A DNA stretch of 53,204 nt from a virus (IMGVR_UViG_3300020333_000061:1-53204), one strand, 5' to 3'. Numbered from the stretch's first letter, positions 10,350-20,578 are shown. Notes: generated by a model not told the origin, from the letters alone. Numbers and translations are program-made.

Positions 10350-11617
10350 TTGAGTCAAAAAAAGAATTTGATTCCTTTTGGTCTAAATATAATAGCAGAA
10401 AGGCAGAACCTGTAATCTATTATGTATTTTCAGATATACATTTACACCCATCTCATAATAGGATATCTTTTTTATGTGTAAGAATAGATGATGATTATAT
10501 ATTACCGTTCAATCATAATGATGCTCTAAATTTACCTATTGAGAATTTAGGTCGGTTAGTAACAGAAAATAAAAAGTATGTGTGGAATAAAAAGAATCTT
10601 TTACATCAAATTGATTTTAAACATATGGTAGATATATCGACACTATTATATTTAGAAACTAATAAAGATTATAATGATATAGATGAAGCTGATAATTACA
10701 TATCTTTTTGGGATTATAAATTCCCAAATCAAAAAAATCTTAATGATTATATCCCATTATTAAAGCATTATGAATATATTAAAAAACACATGGATTATAA
10801 TATTTTTAATGATAAGTTTTTAAATTCACAATATGATTATATGGCAAGAATATTATATAATATAGAAAAAAATGGAATCTTAAAAAACGATAAATTGGTT
10901 TATACACAATATAATAATTTTACATCTACAGGTCGTCCGTCAAATAGATTTGGAGGATTGAATTTTGCAGCACTAAATAAAACAGATGGTAGTAGAAAAC
11001 CATATGTAAGTAGGTTTGGTGATAAAGGTAAATTGGTTGAGTTTGATTATGATGCATATCACTTGAGATTGATTGCAGATGTTTTAGATTTTGATTTACC
11101 AAAAACTTCAGTACATGAATATTTTGCCGAACTATATGGAATTACTTATGATGAGGCTAAAGTATTGAGTTTTAAATATTTATATGGTGGAGTGCCGTAT
11201 GATATTGGAAAAAATATAGAATTTTTTGGTAAAGTAAAAAAGTTTGTAAAGAAGCTTTGGAAGTTTTATATAAGGAATAAATATATAAAATCTTATATTT
11301 ATAGAAAGAAGATATATAGTAGTAATATGAGTGATATGAATAATAATAAATTGTTTAATTATTTTATTCAAAATTTAGAAACAGAGAGAAATATGGTAAT
11401 GTTAGATAATTTATTACCTAAAATAAAAAAGTATAAGAGTAAATTAGTTTTATATTCTTATGATAGTTTTTTATTTGATTTTTATGTAGAAGATGGTTTA
11501 GAGTGTTTAGAATTAATTAAATCTATATTGGAACATACTGGTAAGTATCCAGTAAAGGTAGGTTGGGGAGATAATTATCATGAGATGGAAGATATAACGG
11601 AGAAATTTATAGTATGA
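10340..11617 (+). CDS. Divergent, short family-A DNA polymerase-like protein (TTG start)
   Basis: TSTGRPS, motif A-like EFDYDAYHLRL, motif B-like AKVLSFKYLYG, NYFIQ, motif C-like YDSFLFD; only 425 aa. Confidence 0.75.
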   Translation: MEIIESKKEFDSFWSKYNSRKAEPVIYYVFSDIHLHPSHNRISFLCVRIDDDYILPFNHNDALNLPIENLGRLVTENKKYVWNKKNLLHQIDFKHMVDISTLLYLETNKDYNDIDEADNYISFWDYKFPNQKNLNDYIPLLKHYEYIKKHMDYNIFNDKFLNSQYDYMARILYNIEKNGILKNDKLVYTQYNNFTSTGRPSNRFGGLNFAALNKTDGSRKPYVSRFGDKGKLVEFDYDAYHLRLIADVLDFDLPKTSVHEYFAELYGITYDEAKVLSFKYLYGGVPYDIGKNIEFFGKVKKFVKKLWKFYIRNKYIKSYIYRKKIYSSNMSDMNNNKLFNYFIQNLETERNMVMLDNLLPKIKKYKSKLVLYSYDSFLFDFYVEDGLECLELIKSILEHTGKYPVKVGWGDNYHEMEDITEKFIV

Positions 11618-13719
11618 GTTATTTTAAAAAAATTGCGGAAAAATGGTCATATAAAATAAAAAAAGCAGAACCAAGTCTAAAAAATAAGCATCATATTTTC
11701 CATTTAGAAAATGTATTGTTAGAAGAGGGGTGGACTTGGGATGCTATTAATGAATTTATGGCTTTAGTGGAAGCAAAACCTTCGGATTCTGAAGTAGAAA
11801 AGAAGAAGAAGGATAAAATTAAATACAAAAAGAAAACAAAAGATGGTACTAAAGAAATAGAGATACAGGCAGGTTCAGCGTCTGATGATCCTGGACACGA
11901 AGCACATGACCAAGCTCATCAATATGTGTATGGAGAAAAACCAAAAGATAAAGATGATACACAAACGGCAGCACCAATGGATTTTGATAGAAAACTCGGG
12001 AGTGATAAAAAAGGAGCACCTAAACCGAAAGCTTCAGAAATATATAAAGATATAAAACCTGGACAGCTAATGAAAGGCGGAGATTCAGATATCAAGCAGA
12101 CTGGATTAAAATATGGTTATAAAGAAAAGAAAGGTGTATTTAAACCAGCTCCTGGAAATGCAGGTTCTATGTTGAATGAAATAGTTTCAGGTGAGGTAGC
12201 TCAAATTTTAGAACAAAATCCAGAGTTATCCGATGATGAATTAATCGATTTATTACAGAAACAATTTGGTAATACTGAATTATTTAAACAAAATAAAGAT
12301 TCTAAGAAAACGGCAGCTGGAATATCAGTAAAACAAATACCAGAAGGTGAGAATAGAGGACTTTATAGTAAGTTAATGATAGCAGCTGCATCTGGTAGAA
12401 GGAAACATAATAAATCTAAGAGAGAAGCTACAGGGAATAATTTTAAAAAACCGAAAATACAAAATTATTATGGACATTCAGAATCTTTTGATTCAATGGT
12501 GAATGATATACAAGGTAAACAGGTTATAGGACCAGATGGGACTTCGATAGATTTAAAAGAAGCTGAAGAACTTATTAGGTCTGGAGGGGGTGGAGATAAT
12601 CCATCTGATACTGCTACTTTAGTATTTGATTCAAATTCGGATAGAGTTATTATGACTTTCCATTCAGATAAAGATAGTACAGAAGCAATAATTGCACAAT
12701 CTTCCGCTAAGGCTGAAGCTAATGCAAATCAAGATAATGTACAGAAATTAGTTGATAGTAAGTTACTGGAACCAGAACAAGCTGAAGCAATAATGGGTGA
12801 AAATCAGGAATATGTAGAACAACAAGCTGATATTGAGAGAGAATTAAAACAAGTTAGTTCTTCTCCTGCTAAATTTTTCCAAGATAATGTTACATTAGAA
12901 GATGCTTTGAAAAGTATATTTAACGATACTAATCAAGATGGTAGTGTAGATAAAGATAAAACTTCTACTAAATGGGGTCCTCCTAAATCAACTGCAGTTA
13001 AAGGGGCAAGCGGACCGAATAAGAATTTATTAAAATATTTAGATAATAGAGAAGATCCAAGTGATGAAGAATTATTGGAAGCTTTTTTATCATATATGGC
13101 AGATGAAGATAAAGATGATGATCCAACTAATGACCAAATAACACTTATGGATAGATTGAATAGAAGGTGGGCTAATAAAGGTGCTCCAGATGTAGACCCA
13201 ATGATTGAAGATATAAGAAATAGAACAATATCAAATGAAACTGATTTTATAAAAAGACAGGATGCAATTAAAATAAATTATGGTGGTAAAGAGATAGGGG
13301 TTGGAACATTTCTAGAAGCTAATACAATTTTTAAACAGTTTCATTTAGAGGCTATGAATCCAGAATCAGAAAAAGGAGTACATAAACATAAAGGTATGTT
13401 TGAAACAAATCATGGAGGTCTTTCAGTAGATGGAGAGGTATTAAGAAAGTGTGTTCCTGGCGTAAGTAATAAAGAAGATTTTGTAACAAAGTTTGAGGTA
13501 GGAGACGCCACAGAACAAAAGGGTGTTAGTGGAAGTCAAAAGGGCAGAACTACTGGAAGTAAAAGAATTGTTTATGCTATAAATGAAAAGAATGAGAGAG
13601 TAGAGGTTGGTACTAAGGTAGCTAGAACTAAATCAGGAAAACTTGGTAAGTTACAGACAGTTTATCAATGGTCAGATCAAATGAAAAAATGTTTTTCAAA
13701 AGATGGTAAGCGCGGTTAA
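11614..13719 (+). CDS. Hypothetical protein, 701 aa, hydrophilic
   Basis: Long ORF with ATGA-type overlap at the start; no family recognised. Confidence 0.6.
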   Translation: MSYFKKIAEKWSYKIKKAEPSLKNKHHIFHLENVLLEEGWTWDAINEFMALVEAKPSDSEVEKKKKDKIKYKKKTKDGTKEIEIQAGSASDDPGHEAHDQAHQYVYGEKPKDKDDTQTAAPMDFDRKLGSDKKGAPKPKASEIYKDIKPGQLMKGGDSDIKQTGLKYGYKEKKGVFKPAPGNAGSMLNEIVSGEVAQILEQNPELSDDELIDLLQKQFGNTELFKQNKDSKKTAAGISVKQIPEGENRGLYSKLMIAAASGRRKHNKSKREATGNNFKKPKIQNYYGHSESFDSMVNDIQGKQVIGPDGTSIDLKEAEELIRSGGGGDNPSDTATLVFDSNSDRVIMTFHSDKDSTEAIIAQSSAKAEANANQDNVQKLVDSKLLEPEQAEAIMGENQEYVEQQADIERELKQVSSSPAKFFQDNVTLEDALKSIFNDTNQDGSVDKDKTSTKWGPPKSTAVKGASGPNKNLLKYLDNREDPSDEELLEAFLSYMADEDKDDDPTNDQITLMDRLNRRWANKGAPDVDPMIEDIRNRTISNETDFIKRQDAIKINYGGKEIGVGTFLEANTIFKQFHLEAMNPESEKGVHKHKGMFETNHGGLSVDGEVLRKCVPGVSNKEDFVTKFEVGDATEQKGVSGSQKGRTTGSKRIVYAINEKNERVEVGTKVARTKSGKLGKLQTVYQWSDQMKKCFSKDGKRG

Positions 13720-13724
13720 TTAGT

Positions 13725-14138
13725 ATGAAAACACAACTACTTTGCACTTTTGCAAAAAAAGAAAATTTAAATGAAATAATTGATATTATTATTAGTTGTA
13801 ATAAAATTTTGTTTGATAAAGTATATGTTTTTAATAATGCACAAGAACCTAATAATTTAATTTGTACTTATAATGTAGAGTATGAGACAGATTTTATGGA
13901 AGGAATACCAAATACAATTTCTATACATAGAAAAAAACATACTAATACTTTATATACAATAAATGCATTAAATCAAATTATATTACAATTAAATAATGGA
14001 GTATTAGATAAAAGATTTCCAATTCCCTGGGAAAATTATCGTAATTGTATTTTGTTATATAATGACGATAAGTTGGTAGAAATAAAAACAAAAATTCATA
14101 AAGTAGTATTGGTTTCAGAATGGGGAGTATCAGTTTAA
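13725..14138 (+). CDS. Hypothetical phage protein
   Basis: 137-aa ORF in operon context; function not recognised. Confidence 0.6.
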   Translation: MKTQLLCTFAKKENLNEIIDIIISCNKILFDKVYVFNNAQEPNNLICTYNVEYETDFMEGIPNTISIHRKKHTNTLYTINALNQIILQLNNGVLDKRFPIPWENYRNCILLYNDDKLVEIKTKIHKVVLVSEWGVSV

Positions 14139-14154
14139 GTTAAATTAAGGTTAT

Positions 14155-15006
14155 ATGGAATATAGGTTTTATTATCCAGATTTTAGAATACACAAAAATC
14201 ATACATTAGAGTCTAAGGAATTAGATAAAGTATTTGGGCAACCAATAGCATTTTGGTATGGATCGTCACAGTACAAAAAAGCTAAGAAAATTGAGAAACG
14301 TATTAAAAGATTATTTGATAGGGCAGATCCTTGTTTACCCTATATAGTTATATATTCAATACCTGATAGAGATTTGGGACATTATGCTAAGGGTGGTGAA
14401 TCAAGTAAATCAGAGTATATGGATTTTATAAAAAATGTTACAGAAGGTATTGGAGATAAATCACCAATAATAATATATGAGCCTGATGCGTTACCACAAT
14501 CATTTCAGATGACTTATGAGAATAAACAAAAAAGAATCAGATTAATTCGAGAAGCATTAAAATTTTTATATAAAGAGAGTAATGCTAAAGTATATTTAGA
14601 CGTTGGACATCCATATTGGTTAAAGAAAGATGAGGTTATAAATATTTTGAGTGAATTTGATAAAAAGCATTATGAGGGATTCTGTTTAAATAGTTCTAAT
14701 TTTGTTTCTACTGATCAATGTATGTTTTATGGAGATAGAATATTTGATAAAATAGGTAAGCATTATGTTATAGATACTGCTAGAAATGGAATGGGATATA
14801 CAGGAGATTGGTGTAATCCAAAAACGGCAGTAATTGGAAAATTTCCAACTACTGAAACTGGTAATGAATTGTGTGATGCATTTTTGTGGATTAAACCTAT
14901 AGGCGAATCGGATGGAAAAAGAAACGGTGGACCTAAAGCAGGTAGATTTTATTCTGAGTATGCTATGAAAATTGTCGAAAATTCAAAAAAAATTGGTAGT
15001 TTGTAA
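14155..15006 (+). CDS. Glycoside hydrolase family 6 (endoglucanase-like)
   Basis: YSIPDRD, IYEPDAL, YLDVGH..W, N.SNF, VIDTARNG, WCNP, DAFLWIKP.GESDG..GPKAG.F. Confidence 0.88.
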   Translation: MEYRFYYPDFRIHKNHTLESKELDKVFGQPIAFWYGSSQYKKAKKIEKRIKRLFDRADPCLPYIVIYSIPDRDLGHYAKGGESSKSEYMDFIKNVTEGIGDKSPIIIYEPDALPQSFQMTYENKQKRIRLIREALKFLYKESNAKVYLDVGHPYWLKKDEVINILSEFDKKHYEGFCLNSSNFVSTDQCMFYGDRIFDKIGKHYVIDTARNGMGYTGDWCNPKTAVIGKFPTTETGNELCDAFLWIKPIGESDGKRNGGPKAGRFYSEYAMKIVENSKKIGSL

Positions 15007-15014
15007 AACTACTC

Positions 15015-15101
15015 GATACTTATATGTGAATGGTTTTTAAGGTTACTAACCATTTACAATTAATAATTAATAATTAAAATATACATATAGGAGATTAGAA
15101 A
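15015..15101 (+). promoter_or_regulatory. Leader of SSB gene: putative promoter motif, hairpin, AU-rich repeats, SD
   Basis: GATACTTATA at 15015-15024; stem TGTGAATGGTT/AACCATTTACA; AATTAATAATTAATAATTAAAA; SD AGGAG. Confidence 0.5.
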
Positions 15102-15878
15102 ATGGATTTAGATCTAGTAAAAAGACGTTTGAATCAGTTACAAGCAACAAATCAAAGAACATCCGTTCTTTGGAAACCACAACCAGGAACACAAATTATA
15201 AGAATTGTACCTTATAAATTTAATAAGGACAATCCTTTTATAGAATTATTTTTCCATTATAATTTAGGTGGAAAATCTTATCTATCACCAATTTCTTTCG
15301 GTCGTCCAGACCCAATAGAAGAATTTGCTCAGAAGTTGAAATCTTCTGGTAATCGTGATGATTATAGGTTAGGTAAGAAACTTGAAGCAAAAATGAGAAC
15401 TTTTGCTCCAGTTGTAGTTCGTGGTGAAGAAAAAGAAGGAGTTAAATTTTGGGGATTTGGTAAAACAGTTTACCAGGAACTTCTTTCAGTAATTTCGGAT
15501 CCAGATTATGGTGATATTACAGATCCATTAAATGGACGTGATGTTAATGTTGAATTTAAAACAGCAGAAGAAACAGGAGCTACTTTCCCATCTACTGCTA
15601 TTAGAGTTAAGCCAGTAACGGCTCCGATTTCAGAGGATAAAAATATTCTCGAATTGGTATCAGATACACAACGTGAACTTACGGAAATTTATCAGGAAAA
15701 GACTTATGATGAACTTACAGAGATTTTAAATGATTGGCTTGAAGGTAAGAGTGAAGAAAAAGAAGAATCTACTTCTACTAAAGGCAATTCTGTAACTTCA
15801 GAAAAAGTATCTGAAACTACAAAAACTGTAGAATCAGTTTCTTCGGCTTTTGATGAATTATTTAATCAAAACGCTTAA
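15102..15878 (+). CDS. Single-stranded DNA-binding protein (gp32-like)
   Basis: WKP..G...IRIVP, FFHY, GVKFWGFGK, DYGDITD..GRD; acidic/Ser-Thr tail ending AFDELF; upstream of the recombinase. Confidence 0.75.
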   Translation: MDLDLVKRRLNQLQATNQRTSVLWKPQPGTQIIRIVPYKFNKDNPFIELFFHYNLGGKSYLSPISFGRPDPIEEFAQKLKSSGNRDDYRLGKKLEAKMRTFAPVVVRGEEKEGVKFWGFGKTVYQELLSVISDPDYGDITDPLNGRDVNVEFKTAEETGATFPSTAIRVKPVTAPISEDKNILELVSDTQRELTEIYQEKTYDELTEILNDWLEGKSEEKEESTSTKGNSVTSEKVSETTKTVESVSSAFDELFNQNA

Positions 15879-15894
15879 AACGTAAGGATATTAT

Positions 15895-17010
15895 ATGTCT
15901 GTACGGGATGAGTTAGCTGATGTCCTTGCTGATACTTTAAATAAGAAGTTTAAGGACATGAAAGTAGCGTATTTTTTAGATGGTTCTGATAGTACGCCAA
16001 CCGATATAGAGGATTTTGTATCTACAGGATCAACTATGTTAGATTTAGCAATATCAAATAAACCAAATGGTGGTATTGCAGTTGGTAGAATTACAGAACT
16101 TAATGGATTGGAATCAACAGGTAAATCTTTACTTGGTGCTCATATACTTGCGGAAACTCAAAAGAAAGATGGTGTAGCAGTTTATATTGATACAGAAACA
16201 TCAGTAAGTCATGATTTTTTAGAAGTTATTGGTGTAGATGTTTCAAAAATGTTATACTTACATCTTGAAACAGTCGAAGATATATTTGAAGCTATTGAAG
16301 AAATAGTTTTACAAGTAAGAGGTTCAGATAAAGATAGATTGGTGACAATATTAGTAGATTCACTAGCAGCGGCAACAACTAAGGTTGAATTAGATGCTGA
16401 TTTTGATAAAGATGGTTGGGCTACTGCAAAAGCAATTATTGTTTCTAAAGCACTGAGAAAAATTACTCAGATGATTGGAAGACAGAAAGTTGCTTTAGTA
16501 TTTACAAATCAATTAAGACAAAAGTTAGGTGTTATGTTTGGAGACCCTTGGACTACAAGTGGTGGAAAAGCATTACCATTTCATTCATCAACTAGAATTA
16601 GATTGAAGAATAAAGGTCAAATAAAAGATTCTAAGAAGAATGTTATTGGGATGACGATTTTGGCGCAAGTTATAAAGAATAGATTAGGACCTCCGTTAAG
16701 AAAAGCGGAGTTTCCTCTTTATTTTGAGAGTGGTATTGATGATGAAGGTAGTTGGCTAACTATAATGAAAGAGTATGGTATAGCTAAAGTATCTGGCGCT
16801 TGGTACTCCTTACCAATAATTGATTTGGAAACTGGTAAAGAATTGGAAGTAAAGAAATTTCAATCAAAAGATTTTGCTGATATGTTAAAAGATAAAGATC
16901 TAAAAGAATATCTATATAGACTCATCTGTGATAAAGTTATCTTAAAGTATGATAAAAGTGCTTTAGGAATAGACGATGTAGAAATTACAGATGAGGTCGG
17001 TGATGGATAA
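15895..17010 (+). CDS. recA: RecA/UvsX recombinase
   Basis: GRITELNGLESTGKS (Walker A), LVDSLAA, FTNQLR..GVMFGDP.TTSGGKAL.F, VIKNR. Confidence 0.93.
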   Translation: MSVRDELADVLADTLNKKFKDMKVAYFLDGSDSTPTDIEDFVSTGSTMLDLAISNKPNGGIAVGRITELNGLESTGKSLLGAHILAETQKKDGVAVYIDTETSVSHDFLEVIGVDVSKMLYLHLETVEDIFEAIEEIVLQVRGSDKDRLVTILVDSLAAATTKVELDADFDKDGWATAKAIIVSKALRKITQMIGRQKVALVFTNQLRQKLGVMFGDPWTTSGGKALPFHSSTRIRLKNKGQIKDSKKNVIGMTILAQVIKNRLGPPLRKAEFPLYFESGIDDEGSWLTIMKEYGIAKVSGAWYSLPIIDLETGKELEVKKFQSKDFADMLKDKDLKEYLYRLICDKVILKYDKSALGIDDVEITDEVGDG

Positions 17011-18070
17011 AAGATATGTCAGTATACTTGATGAGATAAAGAAAAAGGGCGGCAGTTTAGATGGTGGTCACTTCAATGATAAGGTACTTATTGTAGATGG
17101 CCTGAATACCTTTATAAGAGTATTCAGCGTTATGCCAACTCTCAATGATGATGGGATTCACATTGGGGGAATAGTTGGCTTTCTAAAAAGTATAGGTTAT
17201 GCAATCCATCTTTTCAATCCCACCCGAGCTATCATAGTATTTGATGGTAAGGGTGGGAGCACCCGCCGCCGTAAGATATTTCCTGAATATAAGGCTGGTA
17301 GGAAACCAAAGAGTAGATTAGTACGCGCATATGATTTTGCTAGTGAGGAAGATGAGCGAAAAAATATGTTAAAACAATTACAATCAGTAATTGGATATTT
17401 ACAAATGTTACCAGTTTCAATTATTGCCATGGATAATATTGAAGCGGATGATGTTATAGCTCATTTATCTAAACAAGTGTTTAATGAAAGTGAAGTGGTT
17501 ATATCATCTACTGATAAAGATTTTCTTCAACTAATAAATCATAGAATTAAAGTTTATAGTCCTACTAAAAAGAAAATATATGATAGGGATGCAATATATG
17601 AAGAATATGGAATTCCATCAAAAAACTTTTTAACTTATAGGATATTAGAAGGAGATAAATCGGATAATATTCCTGGGGTAAGGGGCGCTGGACTTAAAAG
17701 TATTATAAAAAGATTTCCTAAAATTACAGATAGAGATGAACCATATTATACATTAGAAGAATGTATAAAAATTTCAGACGATAAAAAAGATGAATTGAAG
17801 TTGTATGAAAGTGTAGGTATTTGTAAAGAGCAATTATTTCTTAATAGAAAATTAATGCAATTATTTAATGTAGATATAACACCTAGTAGTAAGATGAAAA
17901 TTATGGGATTGGTTGAAAGTCCTATAACTGAGTTGATAAAATTTAAATTTGAAACTAAGTTTTATCAAGATAAACTATTTACTGCGTTACCAAATTTACA
18001 AGGTTGGTTAACTCAAAATTTTACCCAATTAAATAGATACGCGAGAATGAGTCATGGGAAGAATTCGTAA
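17003..18070 (+). CDS. 5'-3' exonuclease / T4 RNase H-like flap nuclease
   Basis: IVDGLN, VFDG, PEYKAGR, EADDVI, STDKDFLQL, GDKSDNIPGVRG; start moved to the ATG at 17003. Confidence 0.9.
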   Translation: MDKRYVSILDEIKKKGGSLDGGHFNDKVLIVDGLNTFIRVFSVMPTLNDDGIHIGGIVGFLKSIGYAIHLFNPTRAIIVFDGKGGSTRRRKIFPEYKAGRKPKSRLVRAYDFASEEDERKNMLKQLQSVIGYLQMLPVSIIAMDNIEADDVIAHLSKQVFNESEVVISSTDKDFLQLINHRIKVYSPTKKKIYDRDAIYEEYGIPSKNFLTYRILEGDKSDNIPGVRGAGLKSIIKRFPKITDRDEPYYTLEECIKISDDKKDELKLYESVGICKEQLFLNRKLMQLFNVDITPSSKMKIMGLVESPITELIKFKFETKFYQDKLFTALPNLQGWLTQNFTQLNRYARMSHGKNS

Positions 18071-18236
18071 ATATTTTACAAAAAAAGAACAAAGGGAAGC
18101 TCAGCGTAAATGGCAGATGGAACATTATGAGCGTAATAAGGATAAGCTTCGTAAAGTTGCGCGGGATAGGTATAGAAAGAAAAGACAAGATGAAATAGCT
18201 GAAGAACGTAGAAAGCAGTTATATGGTGAATCATAA
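18054..18236 (+). CDS. Small basic helical protein
   Basis: 60 aa, Arg/Lys-rich; overlaps both neighbours; similar to 22103-22258. Confidence 0.65.
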   Translation: MGRIRKYFTKKEQREAQRKWQMEHYERNKDKLRKVARDRYRKKRQDEIAEERRKQLYGES

Positions 18237-19080
18237 ATCTTATACAGTAGAAGAAGTTAAAAATTCTGAACTTGTTGAGATTGATGAGGTAAGTGCATTA
18301 GATATAGTATTTACTAATCATTATTCAAAAATAATGCCAAGATTAACTAAACATTTTCTTGGAAGTTATATTAATAAGAAATTGGTAGGAGTTATTACTT
18401 TGGGTTGGGGAGTTCAACCACTTAATACTATTAAAAATTTATTTCCTACTTTAATATCAAAAGATTATTTAGAGATAGGTAAAATGTGTATGTTAGATGA
18501 ATTACCAAGAAATTCAGAATCTATAATTTTATCTAAAATGTTTAGGTGGGTTAAGGAAAATAGATCAGATATAAAATTAATTTATACTTGGGCGGATGGA
18601 ATATTAGGAAAACCAGGGTATGTTTATCAAGCAGCTAATTTTTTATATGGTGGGTTTATAACTACAGATTTATACTTATCTGAAACTGGTGAAAGAGTTC
18701 ATCCAAGAACAGCACAAGCTTATTTGAAAGATAAGAAAGGTGTTAATATAGGTAGGAGACCTAATAAAGAGTTTTTAATTGATAACAAATGGAGCCATTA
18801 TAGAGGTAGACAATTTAGATATGTCTACTTTTTGTGTAATAAGAGAGAAAAGAAAAGGTTATTGGCAGAAACTACTTTTGAATGGGGCAGAAAATATCCT
18901 AAAGATAAAGAATTGGTTTGGAAGAAAAAAGATTTTACAGATGGGTCGTGGAGTTTTGTAGATAAGATAGAATGGGAAAGTACATCGCCACTTAAATATA
19001 ATAAATCTGCTATAAAAAATAGTAGAGTAGTATCAACATATAATAAAGCTAAGGAGTTTTTTGATTTCGATGGAAAGTAA
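18223..19080 (+). CDS. Mom-like (GNAT-fold) DNA base-modification enzyme
   Basis: HYS..LVGV, EIGKM...PRNSES, YTWADG..G.PGYVYQAANFLYGG resemble phage Mu Mom family motifs. Confidence 0.75.
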   Translation: MVNHKSYTVEEVKNSELVEIDEVSALDIVFTNHYSKIMPRLTKHFLGSYINKKLVGVITLGWGVQPLNTIKNLFPTLISKDYLEIGKMCMLDELPRNSESIILSKMFRWVKENRSDIKLIYTWADGILGKPGYVYQAANFLYGGFITTDLYLSETGERVHPRTAQAYLKDKKGVNIGRRPNKEFLIDNKWSHYRGRQFRYVYFLCNKREKKRLLAETTFEWGRKYPKDKELVWKKKDFTDGSWSFVDKIEWESTSPLKYNKSAIKNSRVVSTYNKAKEFFDFDGK

Positions 19081-20578
19081 ATTGATTAACGGAGATTGTT
19101 TAGAAGAATTAAAAGAATTGGATGATAATACTATAGATTTAATATGTTCAGATCCACCTTATGGTTTATCGTTTATGGGTAAAAAATGGGATAGTTTTAA
19201 TGAAGTGATTAGTTTTGAGGGCGAATCTCATGTATATGCTAAGAAAGGATTTAAAAAACTTCCAAGAAATAAACCTATTGCTATGGAAGAATTTTTTGTT
19301 CCAATATGGAAAGAATGTTTAAGGGTATTGAAGCCTGGCGGATTTGCTTTTATAATGGCTGCTCCAAAACAGGATGTATTACAGAAACAAATTGAAGCTA
19401 TGGATGTGGCAGGGTTTAAAACTAATTTTACTTCAATTTATTGGGCATACGCAACTGGCTTTCCAAAGGCTATGAATGTTGGTAAGAAAACCGAGAAAGA
19501 AAATCTTGAAGGAAGTTATGCAGGATATCAACCAAAACCAGCAGTAGAAATAGTGATAGTGGCAATGAAACCATTAGAGAAGAAAGGTTATTTAGACCAA
19601 GCACTTGATAATCAAAAGGGAGTAACGTGGTTGGATGATGCTAGAATACCATTTGCAGGTATGAATGATAAAGAACAATTTGATAAAGATAATGTTGCTG
19701 CTATGAAGAACTTTGATGGGAAATATGAAAAAGGTGAAGGTAAGATGTATGAAGGTGGATGGGAAAAACCAAATAGAGTAGGATTATCAAGAGGAACACA
19801 TGCATCAAGAAAATCTAAAAGTGATACCTACGAACGAGTTTCAGCATTTGGAGATTCAAACCAGTCAGAAACTAAAGATGGTAGAAATTTATGGGGAAAG
19901 AAAGCCACTAAAAAAGTTAAAATAACAAAACGACAACCACGCACAGATCACAATGTATTTAAACAGAGTGGATTTAAGAGTGAGAATAATGATACAGCAG
20001 AGGCATCACCACTCGGTAGATTTGCCGCCAATCTATTAGTAAGTGATAATGTATTAGATACTGGTAAAAAAACTAAGTCAACGGGTGGTCGAGCATACCA
20101 AAATACAAATGATATGTATAGTGGTGGATGGGAATATGATGAAGAAGGTACGGGAGAAAATCCAGGTAAAGGAGATGAGGGAGATTTTAGTAGATATTAT
20201 AGTTTAGACGAGTGGTGGAAACATAGAGTGAGTAGATTACCAGAAGAAGTTAGAAATACATTTCCATTTTTGATTGTACCCAAGGCAAGTAAGTCTGAAA
20301 AGAATTTTGGAGTTGGTGGAACTGATACAAAGAAACAAAATGTCCATCCAACAGTAAAACCTATGACATTAATGAGTTATTTAGTTACACTTGGAAGTCG
20401 TAAAAGTGATATAGTTTTAGATCCATTTATGGGAAGTGGTACAACTCCAATTTCATGCGTAATTTCAGAAAGAAAGTACATAGGTATAGAGAAAGAAGAA
20501 GAATATTTTAAGATTGCCGAAGCGAGAGTAGAGAAGGCATTGAATCCAGCAAATTTAGTTAAACACGAGTTCTTTTAA
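19070..20578 (+). CDS. DNA amino-methyltransferase (N6A/N4C, beta class)
   Basis: DPPY near the N-terminus; HPTVKP and LDPFMGSGTT near the C-terminus; long variable insert. Confidence 0.92.
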   Translation: MESKLINGDCLEELKELDDNTIDLICSDPPYGLSFMGKKWDSFNEVISFEGESHVYAKKGFKKLPRNKPIAMEEFFVPIWKECLRVLKPGGFAFIMAAPKQDVLQKQIEAMDVAGFKTNFTSIYWAYATGFPKAMNVGKKTEKENLEGSYAGYQPKPAVEIVIVAMKPLEKKGYLDQALDNQKGVTWLDDARIPFAGMNDKEQFDKDNVAAMKNFDGKYEKGEGKMYEGGWEKPNRVGLSRGTHASRKSKSDTYERVSAFGDSNQSETKDGRNLWGKKATKKVKITKRQPRTDHNVFKQSGFKSENNDTAEASPLGRFAANLLVSDNVLDTGKKTKSTGGRAYQNTNDMYSGGWEYDEEGTGENPGKGDEGDFSRYYSLDEWWKHRVSRLPEEVRNTFPFLIVPKASKSEKNFGVGGTDTKKQNVHPTVKPMTLMSYLVTLGSRKSDIVLDPFMGSGTTPISCVISERKYIGIEKEEEYFKIAEARVEKALNPANLVKHEFF

